NCBI GenBank assembly: GCA_965221905.1
Contig: OZ244922.1
Coordinates: 1 to 64,000 of the forward strand
Length of the DNA: 64,000 bases
DNA from: Chloroflexota bacterium
Lineage (GTDB): Bacteria > Chloroflexota > UBA11872 > VXOZ01
Reading direction: 5' to 3'
The translations under genes and the position numbers were made by a program. The notes below the pieces were generated by a model. The model saw only the letters and a list, made by a program, of their open reading frames with translations, searched no databases and was not told the DNA's origin. Position 1 is the first letter of the stretch. Every line of letters starts with the position of its first letter. Positions 18,751 to 28,828 of the stretch are shown here, in pieces.

Positions 18751-19121
18751 TCGCTGCCTCGCGCCTCTCGCCCAACAAGCCGCATGATGCCTTATGCTGC
18801 GCCGGTTCGAGGGGATTGAGAGGAGAGTGAGCTTTGTTTGCCAAAGCGGCTTGTTCCCTGTCATAGAGCCGATTTCCGCATCTTTATCTGATTGTTAACA
18901 CGCGCCGCAATCGCGTTGACCGCGTTTAAGGGCCCATGGTACTTTTGCTCACGGTTGAAAATAAGACTTTGTTCCCTGCCTGGCTTTTTTGGCAGAGGGC
19001 TGCACGGGCTGGCTAAACGGGGGCCCATGGCAATGACACAAACGGGGGCGTGCACCACAACCGGCACGCCGGGCGCGAAAGGACAGAGTGCTGTCGCACC
19101 AAGCATTAGGGGAGGTAATAA

Positions 19122-20147
19122 ATGACAGCACCGCTACGGTTGAGCAGACGACGGTTCACCATTGCTTCAGCAAGCTTGGCGAGCTTTGCCATTTTGGCCG
19201 CCTGCGGGAAGCAAGAGTCCGATTCCGGCCTCAAGGGCAACATCATCATCGACGGCTCCAGCACGGTCTTTCCCATCACCGTGGCCGCTGCCGAAGAGTT
19301 CATGATCATGCATAACAGCGTGCGCGTGAGCGTTGGAGTCTCCGGCACGGGCGGTGGATTCAGTAAATTTGCCGCCGGTGAGACCGATATATCCGATGCC
19401 TCTCGGCCCATCAAGCCTTCCGAGCTTGAGGCCCTGGCAAGCGCCGGTATAGAATTCATCGAGCTGCCGGTTGCCTACGACGGTCTGACCGTGGTCGTGA
19501 ACCCAGAGAACGATTGGGTGGACTGCCTGACGATTGACGAACTTAAGAAGATGTGGGAGCCGGCAGCACAGCGCACCATCACGAACTGGAATCAAATTCG
19601 CGCTGGTTTTCCGGACATGCCGTTGGATATCTTCGGCCCCGGTGTTGATAGCGGAACATTCGACTACTTCACCGAGGCCATCGTCGGCGAGGCACAGTCC
19701 AGCCGCGGCGACTTCCAGGCCAGCGAGGATGACAACGTGCTTGTGACCGGCGTCTCCGGTAGCAAGAGCGCCATTGGCTACTTCGGTCTCTCCTATTATG
19801 TGGAGAATACCGACAAGGTGAAGGCCGTGCCGATTGACTCCGGCAACGGCACATGCGTTGAGCCAACCTTCGACACGGTTCGCAACGGCAGCTATCAGCC
19901 GTTGAGCCGACCAATCTTCATCTACGTAAGGAAGAGCGCGGCAGAGCGGCCTGAAGTAGACGCATTCGTGAAGTATTACCTCAGCAAAGAGTTCACGCCG
20001 CTGATTTCCAGCCCCGAAGTTGGCTACGTCCAGCTCGGCGACGAAATCTACGAGGCGCTCACGCAGCGCTTCGCCAACCGTGTAACGGGCACGTTGTTCC
20101 CCAACGGCGCGGAGGTCGGCGCCTCGCTCGATCGCTACATGCAGTAG
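19122..20147 (+). CDS. pstS: Phosphate ABC transporter substrate-binding lipoprotein
   Basis: [32 protein letters not shown]; Tat-like RRRF and LAAC lipobox; GGAGGT RBS. Confidence 0.96.
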   Translation: MTAPLRLSRRRFTIASASLASFAILAACGKQESDSGLKGNIIIDGSSTVFPITVAAAEEFMIMHNSVRVSVGVSGTGGGFSKFAAGETDISDASRPIKPSELEALASAGIEFIELPVAYDGLTVVVNPENDWVDCLTIDELKKMWEPAAQRTITNWNQIRAGFPDMPLDIFGPGVDSGTFDYFTEAIVGEAQSSRGDFQASEDDNVLVTGVSGSKSAIGYFGLSYYVENTDKVKAVPIDSGNGTCVEPTFDTVRNGSYQPLSRPIFIYVRKSAAERPEVDAFVKYYLSKEFTPLISSPEVGYVQLGDEIYEALTQRFANRVTGTLFPNGAEVGASLDRYMQ

Positions 20148-20338
20148 AGGATGCCCAAGGCTTGAGACAGATTGCACCTCCTTGCTGTGTAGCCAGCATA
20201 GTTGAAGAACTGCTGCCGACACTCTCCTTGTTGGAGCGTGTCGGAGCAGTATTTCTTGTCGGAATTAGAAGATTTAGGCTTACATGGGTCACATGCAAGA
20301 CGCGTGGCCGTACCCAGGCCAAAGCCAGATTCTCAAAC

Positions 20339-20430
20339 TGTCATTCCGAGGAGCGCAGCGACGAGGAATCTAGAGTCAGGAGCTTTCTAAATTCCTCGAA
20401 CTCTGGTTCGCCACTACGCTCGGAATGACA
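20339..20430. repeat. Paired palindromic repeat (GTCATTCCGAG...GAGGAATCT type); related copy near 43059-43084
   Basis: tgtcattccgaggagcgcagcgacgaggaatct ... actacgctcggaatgaca. Confidence 0.75.
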
Positions 20431-20597
20431 AGAACCGCTGCCTCGCAAGAGCTTCAAGCCTACATCTACTACTTCCGTTTCTTGTAGAGGTTGGTACCTA
20501 AGACGGAAGTTGGCCCCCAAAGGGGTGGAATGAAAAGATAGTCGACGCGTAGCGCTGCTACAGGGCCAAAGCAGTAGCAGTGAAGAGAGGAACTTTG

Positions 20598-21539
20598 ATG
20601 GCAGAGGACGTATCACCGTTCTCACACTATCCGCCGCGCAATGACATGAGTAGCCGGACGAGCCGACGCCTCAAAGAAGAGGCCATACGCTTCACGCTGT
20701 TGGCTACGGCAACGCTTTCCATCGTTACCACCCTCGGCATTCTCCTCTCCCTCACGGGAGAAACGTTGCTCTTCTTCAGGGAAGTATCAATCCTCGAGTT
20801 TCTCACCGAGACCGAATGGACCCCGCTCTTCTCAATTAAGAAGTTTGGCATCTGGCCGCTGGTAACTGCCACGGCCCTTGTTGCCTTCATTGCCCTTGCG
20901 GTGGCTATCCCTACAGGGCTGTTGATTGCCATCTACCTGAGCGAATTTGCTAAGCCCCGGGTACGCGACGTTGTGAAGCCCGTGCTCGAGGTGCTTGCCG
21001 GCGTCCCGACCGTAGTCTACGGCTACTTTGCTCTTACGTTGGTCACGCCCATACTGCAGGATCTCATTCCCGGCTTGCGCATTTTCAATGGATTGAGCGC
21101 AGGCCTGGTGATGGGCATCATGATCATACCCATGGTAGCCTCGCTGAGCGAAGATGCCATCGGCGCGGTGCCCCAAGCATTGCGCGAGGCAGCGTATGGC
21201 TTGGGTGCGACCCGCTTCGAGGTAGCGACACAGGTCGTGGTGCCGGCGGCGCTCTCCGGGATTGTGGCCTCGGCAGTGCTCGCGCTCTCACGCGCCGTTG
21301 GCGAGACCATGATCGTCTCGATTGCGGCGGGCCAGAACCCCACTTTCACGCTTGACCCCCGAGTACCCATCGAGACGATGACAGCGTATATCGTGCAGGT
21401 AAGCCTTGGAGACACGCCCTTCGCTTCCCTTGAATACCGCACGATCTTCGCCGTGGGCACGATGCTCTTCTTCTTGACCTTTGCAATGAATATATTCGCC
21501 CACTGGTTTGTCCGCCGCTTCCGCGAGGAGTACGACTAA
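20598..21539 (+). CDS. pstC: Phosphate ABC transporter permease PstC
   Basis: [19 protein letters not shown]. Confidence 0.96.
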   Translation: MAEDVSPFSHYPPRNDMSSRTSRRLKEEAIRFTLLATATLSIVTTLGILLSLTGETLLFFREVSILEFLTETEWTPLFSIKKFGIWPLVTATALVAFIALAVAIPTGLLIAIYLSEFAKPRVRDVVKPVLEVLAGVPTVVYGYFALTLVTPILQDLIPGLRIFNGLSAGLVMGIMIIPMVASLSEDAIGAVPQALREAAYGLGATRFEVATQVVVPAALSGIVASAVLALSRAVGETMIVSIAAGQNPTFTLDPRVPIETMTAYIVQVSLGDTPFASLEYRTIFAVGTMLFFLTFAMNIFAHWFVRRFREEYD

Positions 21540-22435
21540 TGGCTGAAGAGACCGGAACGGAAAGCCGCGGCGCGCCAGTGTTTGGCGCGAGCATGAAGTG
21601 GCGCCGATTCAAGGCCCACTTCTTCGTGGCGCTGGGCCTGCTGAGCGTCTTGCTCGGTGTTCTGACGCTCGTCGTGCTCTTAGTGGACGTTATCGGACAG
21701 AGCGCCGGGTGGATCGACTGGCAGTTTTTCACTAGCTTCGACTCCCGTTTTCCAGAGCGGGCCGGTATCAAAGCCGCGTTTTTCGGCACGCTCTACATGA
21801 TGTTCTTTACCATGCTGATTGCTGTGCCCACCGGCGTCATGTCGGCGGTCTACCTGGAAGAGTATGCCGGCGACAACTGGTTCACCCAGTTCATCCAGGT
21901 GAACATTGCCAACCTCGCCGGTGTGCCCTCAATTGTGTACGGATTGCTGGGCCTGCAGGTGTTCGTGCGCTATATGGACATGGGGCGCAGCGTGTTAGCC
22001 GGCTCGTGCACGATGGCGCTGCTCATCCTGCCCATCATCATCGTCGCTTCCCGTGAGGCCATTCGCGCGGTGCCGCCGAGCATGCGGGATGCCTCTTTCG
22101 CCTTGGGCGCTTCCAAGTGGGAAACCGTACGCCACCACGTGCTACCGTACGCCCTGCCCGGCATGCTTACCGGCGCCATTTTGGCCGCGGCGCGCGCAAT
22201 TGGCGAAACTGCGCCGCTCATCACCATCGGCGCTCTCACCTTCGTGCCGTTTCTCCCTGAGCATCCGCTGGACCGCTTTACCGTGCTGCCGATTCAGATT
22301 TTCAACTGGGTTTCACGTGCTCAGTCGGATTTCCATGATCTCGCGGCAGCAGCTATCATTGTCCTGCTCGTAGTCCTAATTGTGCTAAATTCAGCAGCAA
22401 TCTATCTCCGCCAACGCCTACGCACGCGGTACTAG
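21539..22435 (+). CDS. pstA: Phosphate ABC transporter permease PstA
   Basis: [22 protein letters not shown]. Confidence 0.96.
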   Translation: MAEETGTESRGAPVFGASMKWRRFKAHFFVALGLLSVLLGVLTLVVLLVDVIGQSAGWIDWQFFTSFDSRFPERAGIKAAFFGTLYMMFFTMLIAVPTGVMSAVYLEEYAGDNWFTQFIQVNIANLAGVPSIVYGLLGLQVFVRYMDMGRSVLAGSCTMALLILPIIIVASREAIRAVPPSMRDASFALGASKWETVRHHVLPYALPGMLTGAILAAARAIGETAPLITIGALTFVPFLPEHPLDRFTVLPIQIFNWVSRAQSDFHDLAAAAIIVLLVVLIVLNSAAIYLRQRLRTRY

Positions 22436-22457
22436 CCTGCGAAAAGGAAAGAACTGT

Positions 22458-23327
22458 ATGACAAAAGTGCCGTTCATTAGAGCCAAGGAAGAGAGTACGG
22501 CAGAGGCCGTCACGAAGCGGCTTGCGCCTGTGGAGAAGCCGAAGGACACGCCCGTGGAAATAGCCGATCCCGCAGTAGAAGTGAATAACTTCAGTCTGTG
22601 GTATGGAGACTTCCGGGCGGTTACCGATGTCTCCATCAAGTTTCCGCGCAAGAAGATAACGGCCGTCATCGGCCCTTCCGGCTGCGGTAAGAGCACGTTG
22701 CTGCGCGCAGTCAACCGCATGAACGAACTCATCGGCGGCGTGCGCTCGGCAGGCAACGTGATGCTGGAAGGCGACAACATCTACGCGGATAAGGTGGACC
22801 CCGTCGAAGTGCGGCGGCGCATCGGTATGGTCTTTCAGAAGCCGAACCCGTTTCCGCGCTCTATTCGCGACAACATCCTCTTTGGCGCGCGCGTTAACGG
22901 CTATCAGGCGGATGAAGAAGAGCTAGTGGAAGCAGCCCTGCGCGGCGCAGCCCTGTGGGACGAGGTAAATCAAGATCTCAAACAGAGCGGCCTCGCGCTT
23001 TCCGGCGGACAGCAACAGCGCCTCTGCATCGCCCGCGCCATCGCGGTCTCACCGGAAGTGCTGCTGATGGACGAGCCATGCTCCGCGCTTGACCCCATCG
23101 CCACCCTGAAAATCGAAGACCTCATGCGCGAGCTGGCCAAAGACTTCACCATTATCATCGTGACCCACAACATGCAGCAGGCCGCCCGCGTCTCGGACTT
23201 CACCGCCTTCATGCTGTCAGACGAAGAGGCGCGCGGGAAGCTGATCGAGTTTGGCCCCACCGCAGACCTCTTCACGAACCCCACGGACGGGCGCACCGAG
23301 GCCTACATCACCGGCCGCTTTGGCTAA
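22458..23327 (+). CDS. pstB: Phosphate ABC transporter ATP-binding protein
   Basis: [39 protein letters not shown]. Confidence 0.97.
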   Translation: MTKVPFIRAKEESTAEAVTKRLAPVEKPKDTPVEIADPAVEVNNFSLWYGDFRAVTDVSIKFPRKKITAVIGPSGCGKSTLLRAVNRMNELIGGVRSAGNVMLEGDNIYADKVDPVEVRRRIGMVFQKPNPFPRSIRDNILFGARVNGYQADEEELVEAALRGAALWDEVNQDLKQSGLALSGGQQQRLCIARAIAVSPEVLLMDEPCSALDPIATLKIEDLMRELAKDFTIIIVTHNMQQAARVSDFTAFMLSDEEARGKLIEFGPTADLFTNPTDGRTEAYITGRFG

Positions 23328-23390
23328 GACGCCGCTAAACTCGTACGAGTCATCTCTACGATTGTTGATATGGAACTCCCTCTCCCAGGG

Positions 23391-23489
23391 GAAACCTTTC
23401 CGTCACTCCAGCCAGCCGCGCGAGAATTACTCCCTCTCCCGGCGGGAGAGGGGACTTTCTCGCCTCGGCAAGGGTTATGCAAAGGTCTC
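23391..23489. mobile_element. GAGACC-type MITE, 99-bp short form
   Basis: TIRs gaaacctttccgtcac / gttatgcaaaggtctc; lies between ccctctccc and gggagaggg; interior is a deletion version of the 45062 copy. Confidence 0.75.
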
Positions 23490-23686
23490 CCGCCGGGAGA
23501 GGGCTAGATGGGGCAGAAGGCCATCAACTCTGCCTACGGCTGCCACTTGGCAGCCATAGGCTCCTTTGCTCAGGCGTGTGCGTACTACCGCTTCAACTTC
23601 CTTAATCCCTGTCCCTCTCGCAAATGCGGCGCAGATGCTCTACCGCGGAGAGTAGCCGCAGTACCCAAACCGCAGCAAACTTTTCC

Positions 23687-24751
23687 CTAAGCCTTTCGCT
23701 TCAATTGGTACTGCGGAATGGCGACCGGCTTGCCGCCATTGGCGGCGGATTCGGCGGCGCAGACGCCGGGAAGACTGTACATGATGCCTTCGTAGACATC
23801 GATGGGCGCTGGACTGCCCTCGCGGATCGCCTTCATGAAGGCCTTTAGCATGAACCACTCGGCGGTGCCATGGCCGCCCAGGGCAGCCGCTTCCGGCACG
23901 TTGGGGAAGTTCGTGCCCAAGGGCAGGTTGTCGGGAATGGTGAAATCTCCTCCCGCATACCGGAATTTCGGCTCGTCTTTGCCGATCCACCCGGAGTCGA
24001 ACGTGGCCTTGGTACCCATGAAGACCTGCCGGTGGTTGCCCCAATGGGAGTTGGCAAATGAGCAGGAGATGCGCACGATACTATCATCGGTCATGCGAAA
24101 AATCGCCACCTGGATGTCGTCGAGGTCCGGTTCGTAGTGCTCCTTTGTACCCAGACAGACCACCTCCACCGCATACTGGCCGGTGACCCACATGATCGGG
24201 CCCAGACTATGCGTGAGATACGTGATTGGGGGCATCGGCGACCGCCACGTGCGGTTTCCGTGCTCGTCGCGCCGCAGGCTGGGAATGTTGTGAATATACT
24301 CGGCTTCCGCGGCAAAGATTTCGCCAAAGTCACCCCGCTGGTTGAGATGCTTTAGGGAGTGTACATACGCCCAGTAGCTGCAGTTTTCACCGCACATGTA
24401 AAGGGCTTCGCTCTTTTCTGCCGCTGCCACGAGCTGATCGGCCTCTTCCCGCGTGGCGAGATTGGGTATCTCGGAGATTACGTTCACCCCCGCCTCGAGC
24501 ACCTGTATAGAGTGCTCCGCGTGCTGGGGCACCGGCGTCGCCACCACCACGAGGTCCAAGTCCTCTTCGAGCATCTCCTCCAGCGACGCATAGCCGTGGG
24601 GCACGTTGTGCTCTTCACATATCGTTTGCCGCCGTTCGGCGTTCATGTCCGCCACCGCTACCACGCTCACGCCATCCATGGCCTGCATGACGCGCACAAA
24701 GCTCCGCCCGCGCCGCACTCCAAATACGCCCGCACGCAATTCGCTGCTCAT
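23687..24751 (-). CDS. Gfo/Idh/MocA family oxidoreductase, copy 2
   Basis: Rossmann N-terminus; VVATPVPQH, SEIP, YLTHSLGP, GGHG motifs. Confidence 0.93.
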   Translation of the reverse strand: MSSELRAGVFGVRRGRSFVRVMQAMDGVSVVAVADMNAERRQTICEEHNVPHGYASLEEMLEEDLDLVVVATPVPQHAEHSIQVLEAGVNVISEIPNLATREEADQLVAAAEKSEALYMCGENCSYWAYVHSLKHLNQRGDFGEIFAAEAEYIHNIPSLRRDEHGNRTWRSPMPPITYLTHSLGPIMWVTGQYAVEVVCLGTKEHYEPDLDDIQVAIFRMTDDSIVRISCSFANSHWGNHRQVFMGTKATFDSGWIGKDEPKFRYAGGDFTIPDNLPLGTNFPNVPEAAALGGHGTAEWFMLKAFMKAIREGSPAPIDVYEGIMYSLPGVCAAESAANGGKPVAIPQYQLKRKA

Positions 24752-24806
24752 AGCACTCCTCGCTCTGCTATACCGAAGAACCTGTTCGATTCCAATATCG
24801 GAGCCG

Positions 24807-24910
24807 CCTATTCCTACGTGCTCATCCCCTCCCGGAGGTTTCTCATGCCGGTGTTCACAAAGACCGCGTCGTTGCCGAACCGGAGCATTCGAGACCCCTC
24901 AGCGACGCGC
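24807..24910 (-). pseudogene. 3' remnant of a duplicated HpcH/HpaI aldolase
   Basis: Translates RVAEGSRMLRFGNDAVFVNTGMRNLREGMST*, matching the aldolase C-terminus RVAEGFRFLWFGNDSVFVNTGMLNLRKEIETLG*. Confidence 0.85.
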
Positions 24911-24978
24911 AAACTTCCCTTTCACTTACAATGGCTCGCTCTGCTGGGGACCTGCTACGCCCGCGGCTTGGCTTGTAT

Positions 24979-25035
24979 TCCCTCTCCTGGGGGAGAGGGT
25001 TAGAGCCTGCCCCGTACGTGATACGGGGGTGAGGG
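24979..25035. repeat. Composite CCCTCTCC/GGGTGAGGG palindromic repeat; reverse-complement copy at 45011-45056
   Basis: ccctctcctgggggagagggttagagcctgccccgtacgtgatacgggggtgaggg. Confidence 0.8.
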
Positions 25036-25059
25036 CGACGAATCAGGCTGCGCCCTACG

Positions 25060-26127
25060 CTACCCGCCGCGCTGCAGTTGGTACTGCGGAATTGCAACCG
25101 GCCGGCCGCCGTTGGCGGCTGATTCTGCCGCACAGATACCCGGCAGGCTGTACATAATGCCTTCGTAGACGTCGATGGGCACCGGCCCGCCCGTGCGGAT
25201 CGCCGTGAAAAAGTCCTCCAGCATGTACCATTCAGCGGTGCCGTGACCGCCAAGAGCAGCGGCTTCCGGCGCATCGGAAAAGTTCGTGCCCAAGGGCAGG
25301 TTGTCGGGCACGACAAACTCGCGTTCTCCGGCGTAGCGGAACTTCGGCTCATCCTTGCCGATCCAGCCGGAATCAAACGTCGCCTTGGTGCCCATGAAGA
25401 CCTGACGGTGGTTGCCCCAATGGCAGTTGGCGAATGAACACGTAATGCGCACGACGCTGTCATCAGTCATGCGGAAGACGGCCATTTGTATGTCGGTGAG
25501 GCCCCGCTCGAAGTGCTCCTTTGTACCCAGACAGACCACCTCCACCGGATACTGGCCGGTGACCCACATCACCGGGCCGAGACTGTGCGTAAGATATATG
25601 ATTGGCAGCATCGACGCCCGCCACGTGGGATTGCCGTGCTCGTCGCGCCGCAGACCGGGGATAGCGTGAATATACTCCGCTTCCGCGGCAAAAATCTGTC
25701 CGAAGTCACCCCGCTCGTTAAGGTGCCTGAGGGAGTGCACATACGCCCAGTAATTACAGTTCTCGCTGCTCATGTAGAGAGCATCGCTCTTTTCCACTGC
25801 GGCTATTAGTCGATCGGCCTCCTCCCGCGTGGCGAGTACGGGGATTTCAGAGAGCACGTTCACACCCGCCTCGAGCACCTGTATTGAATGCTCGACGTGC
25901 TGGGCTATCGGTGTTGCTACCACCACGAGGTCCAAATCTTCTGCCAACATCTCCTCAAGCGTGGCAAAGCCCTTGGGCACGTTGTGCTCGGCACAGACCG
26001 TCTTCACGCGCTCAGAGTGCATATCCGCCACGGCCGTCACGTTCACACCGTCCATGGCCTGCATCACGCGGACAAAGCTCAGCCCCCGCCCTACGCCCAA
26101 GACGCCCGCCCGCAAATCACTGCTCAT
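25060..26127 (-). CDS. Gfo/Idh/MocA family oxidoreductase, copy 1
   Basis: Highly similar to 23687..24751 over the whole length. Confidence 0.93.
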   Translation of the reverse strand: MSSDLRAGVLGVGRGLSFVRVMQAMDGVNVTAVADMHSERVKTVCAEHNVPKGFATLEEMLAEDLDLVVVATPIAQHVEHSIQVLEAGVNVLSEIPVLATREEADRLIAAVEKSDALYMSSENCNYWAYVHSLRHLNERGDFGQIFAAEAEYIHAIPGLRRDEHGNPTWRASMLPIIYLTHSLGPVMWVTGQYPVEVVCLGTKEHFERGLTDIQMAVFRMTDDSVVRITCSFANCHWGNHRQVFMGTKATFDSGWIGKDEPKFRYAGEREFVVPDNLPLGTNFSDAPEAAALGGHGTAEWYMLEDFFTAIRTGGPVPIDVYEGIMYSLPGICAAESAANGGRPVAIPQYQLQRGG

Positions 26128-26184
26128 GGCACTCCTCGCTCTGCTATGCTTACGAATTTACATCTGCTCCGAGAATAACGCCGC

Positions 26185-26949
26185 CTATCCGAGTGTTTCA
26201 ATTTCCTTCCGGAGATTTAGCATGCCGGTATTCACAAATACACTATCGTTGCCGAACCAGAGGAAGCGGAAGCCCTCAGCGACGCGCTGCTGCGCCTGCT
26301 CGTAACTCTGGCAGACGTAGCCCGCTGCCGTGCCGGTGCGCTTGCCGGCAGCGGCGACTTGCTGCACCAGCACCTCATGGTGCGCCTCGTCATGGCCGTG
26401 GGCCCGCACGTTGATCATGAGGTCGCCGGGGCCGATGAGTACCACGTTCACGCCGTCCACCTGCATGATGCTTTCAACATTGGCAATCGCCTCTTCGCTC
26501 TCGACCATGACGATGACCATAACTTCGTCGTTGGCATGGGCGAAGTAGTCCTGGGCCGTGCCGCCACCGATGAGGCCAAGCCTCATGCCACCGCCGGAAC
26601 GGTTGCCTTGCGGCGGAAAGCGTGCCGGGCTCGCCATGGCGGCAGCCTGCTCGGCATTCTCGATCATGGGAACGATCACACCCATTGCGCCCATATCGAG
26701 CACGCGGTTAATGGTGCCGGGTTCGTGGCCCTTTACGCGCACAATCGGCACCGTATCCGTATGGAGAAACCGCGCCAGCGCGTTGTTTAGCGAAAGTTCG
26801 GTCCACTGCCCGTGCTGCCAATCAAAGCTCACATAGTCGAAACCCACGTGGGCGACCTGCTCCGCCAGGTCCGGCGAGTCAATGCCAAGTGCCGGCCCGG
26901 CGGTGACTCCTCCGGCGCGGATCTTGGCCAGTGCCCGATTCTTCTGCAT
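26185..26949 (-). CDS. HpcH/HpaI aldolase family protein
   Basis: FDWQHG, LDMGAMGVIVPM, VMVES, IGPGDL; alternative start at 27033. Confidence 0.92.
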   Translation of the reverse strand: MQKNRALAKIRAGGVTAGPALGIDSPDLAEQVAHVGFDYVSFDWQHGQWTELSLNNALARFLHTDTVPIVRVKGHEPGTINRVLDMGAMGVIVPMIENAEQAAAMASPARFPPQGNRSGGGMRLGLIGGGTAQDYFAHANDEVMVIVMVESEEAIANVESIMQVDGVNVVLIGPGDLMINVRAHGHDEAHHEVLVQQVAAAGKRTGTAAGYVCQSYEQAQQRVAEGFRFLWFGNDSVFVNTGMLNLRKEIETLG

Positions 26950-27066
26950 CGTCTGTATGCTCCTTGCTAATTCCGAGATTGAATTCAGTTCTGACTTGCC
27001 TACTTGCGCATTCCTTGGTGTTGTTTCAGCCATTTGCGTTCTGTAGCGGAGTCTGGCGCTTTCAAC

Positions 27067-27610
27067 TGCTCGTGATTGCGCCGCCGTTCACCCTTCGACT
27101 TTGCTCAGGGCGAACGGCTAGGGGTCTCCTCCATTGGTGCTGACGGCAACCAGGCCGCTCCCCGCTCCGTTGCTTGTGACTGTACCGCCGTTTACCCTTC
27201 GACTTTGCTCAGGGCGAACGGCTAGGGGCCTCATCCGTTAGTGCTGACGGCAACCAGGCCGCTCCCCGCTCCGTTGCTTGTGACTGTACCGCCGTTTACC
27301 CTTCGACTTTGCTCAGGGCGAACGGCTAGGGGCCTCATCCGTTAAGTGCTGACGGCAACCAGGCCGCTCCCCGCTCCGTTGCTTGTGATTGTGCCGCCGT
27401 CTACCCTTCGACTATGCTCAGGGCGAACGGCTAGGGGCCTCATCCGTTAGTGCTGACTACAACCAGGCCGCTCCCCGCTCCGTTGCTTGTGACTGTACCG
27501 CCGTTTACCCTTCGACTATGCTCAAGGAGAACGGCTAGGGGCCTCATCCATTGGTGCTGACTGCAACCAGTCCGCACGCCGCTCCGTTCGTGCTGAGCCT
27601 GTCGAAGCAC
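27067..27610. repeat. Tandem array of 5 x ~104-bp units, each with a CTTCGAC...CTCAGGGCGAACGG REP hairpin, closed by one inverted copy
   Basis: cccttcgac at 27091, 27195, 27299, 27404, 27508; inverted ccgttcgtgctgagcctgtcgaag at 27584; solo copies near 56628 and 63464. Confidence 0.95.
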
Positions 27611-27667
27611 TCTTTTGTGGCACTTTGCAAGCGTTCGCGTGAGCGCCGTTCTTGCTCTCGGTCTCAC

Positions 27668-28663
27668 CTATCCGTGCGCGAGGCCTTGCAACAGTGCGCG
27701 CACGTAGCCCACCGAGTAAGCAATGTACTGCCGTCCATTTGCAGTATCGCCGGTCAACTGCATCACGTGGTCGAAGTCAATCGCACCCAGGTAGTGTACC
27801 GCATGCAGCGCCTCCACGACGTCCTGCATGTGCATATCGCCTTCGTCTAGGAACACCTCGTCATAGCCGCCGTCCGCGGACAGCTTGCCGCGCACATTGC
27901 GAAAGTGCACGTGCACGATCTTGCCTTGTCCGCCAAAGTGGCGAATGCCCGCTAGAATGTCCTCTCCCGATTCGTAGCGGGTGCCGACGCAGAACGTCAT
28001 GGTATTCTTCGGGCTTGGCACCGTACTGAAGAGGCGGTCGAAATCGGCAAAGCGACAGAGGATTTGCGGATTGCCGTAGACCTGCCGCAGCGGGGGGTCG
28101 TTGCCATGCATGGCAACATTGATGTCCGCCCGCTCCGCCACGGGAATGACTTGCTTGTAGGTGAGGATCAGGTTCTCCCAGAGCTGGTCGCTGGTGACCG
28201 TGAACCGCGGCGTATCCTCAATCGCTTCTTCCGCTGCTAGATCGAAGTGGTAGTAGCGGTACCCGCCGCGCCCCTCCGGCCACGACCGACCGGTTGCCGA
28301 ACCGCTCCTGGCGTTGTCGGCTTGGAAGCACTGTACCCCAAATACCGGCACGCCAACTTCTGCCAGTAGTTCAGCCATGGTGCAGAGGTGATCGCGCTGC
28401 TGAGCCGCGTTGGGCCCGCCGATGAGGGCATCGAGGTGCTGCGAGTTGCGCGCGTTGGCGCGCTCGATCTGCAAGCCTGCCGCGGCAAACCGCTCTACCA
28501 ACGCGGCTAATGCCTCGCGCGTAAAACAGCCGGTCTCATCGTAGCCCGCTACCATCCCAAGCTCGATGTCTACGTAGTCCACGCCGATCTGCTTGAGAAA
28601 CCGGAAGTCATCATCACCCCCGTTTTCCAACCACTGCCGGGAAGTGCGTACACCGATGCGCAT
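27668..28663 (-). CDS. Mannonate dehydratase (UxuA) family protein
   Basis: QLWENL, AMHGNDPP, TFCVG, VHFRNVRG, EVFLDEGD, DHV; AAGGAG RBS before ATG 28663. Confidence 0.88.
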   Translation of the reverse strand: MRIGVRTSRQWLENGGDDDFRFLKQIGVDYVDIELGMVAGYDETGCFTREALAALVERFAAAGLQIERANARNSQHLDALIGGPNAAQQRDHLCTMAELLAEVGVPVFGVQCFQADNARSGSATGRSWPEGRGGYRYYHFDLAAEEAIEDTPRFTVTSDQLWENLILTYKQVIPVAERADINVAMHGNDPPLRQVYGNPQILCRFADFDRLFSTVPSPKNTMTFCVGTRYESGEDILAGIRHFGGQGKIVHVHFRNVRGKLSADGGYDEVFLDEGDMHMQDVVEALHAVHYLGAIDFDHVMQLTGDTANGRQYIAYSVGYVRALLQGLAHG

Positions 28664-28828
28664 GGCGTTTACTCCTTTGCTATGTCGTAAGCTCGCGTTG
28701 CTGCCTCTTTGTCCTAATGAGCCCTTCTCACTTCTTACCGTGTATGCTACACGGTAATGCATGCGCCGATACGGCACGGCCGGTACGCGAGGCCCGTGTA
28801 TTTCTCAAAGAAGTCCATCTTGAACGTG

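Noticed and set aside
19167-20222. 351-aa minus-strand ORF; likewise 57902..59128, 43751..44623, 29124..29939, 279..1070
   Set aside because: Antisense or alternate-frame shadows of well-supported genes in GC-rich DNA, with no motifs.
23687-26127. DGR template/variable-repeat pair or assembly duplication
   Set aside because: No reverse transcriptase is present, and differences are spread over the whole genes without visible restriction to adenines.
27067-27610. CRISPR array
   Set aside because: The sequences between hairpins are near-identical copies rather than unique spacers, the hairpin occurs solo elsewhere as a REP, and there are no cas genes.
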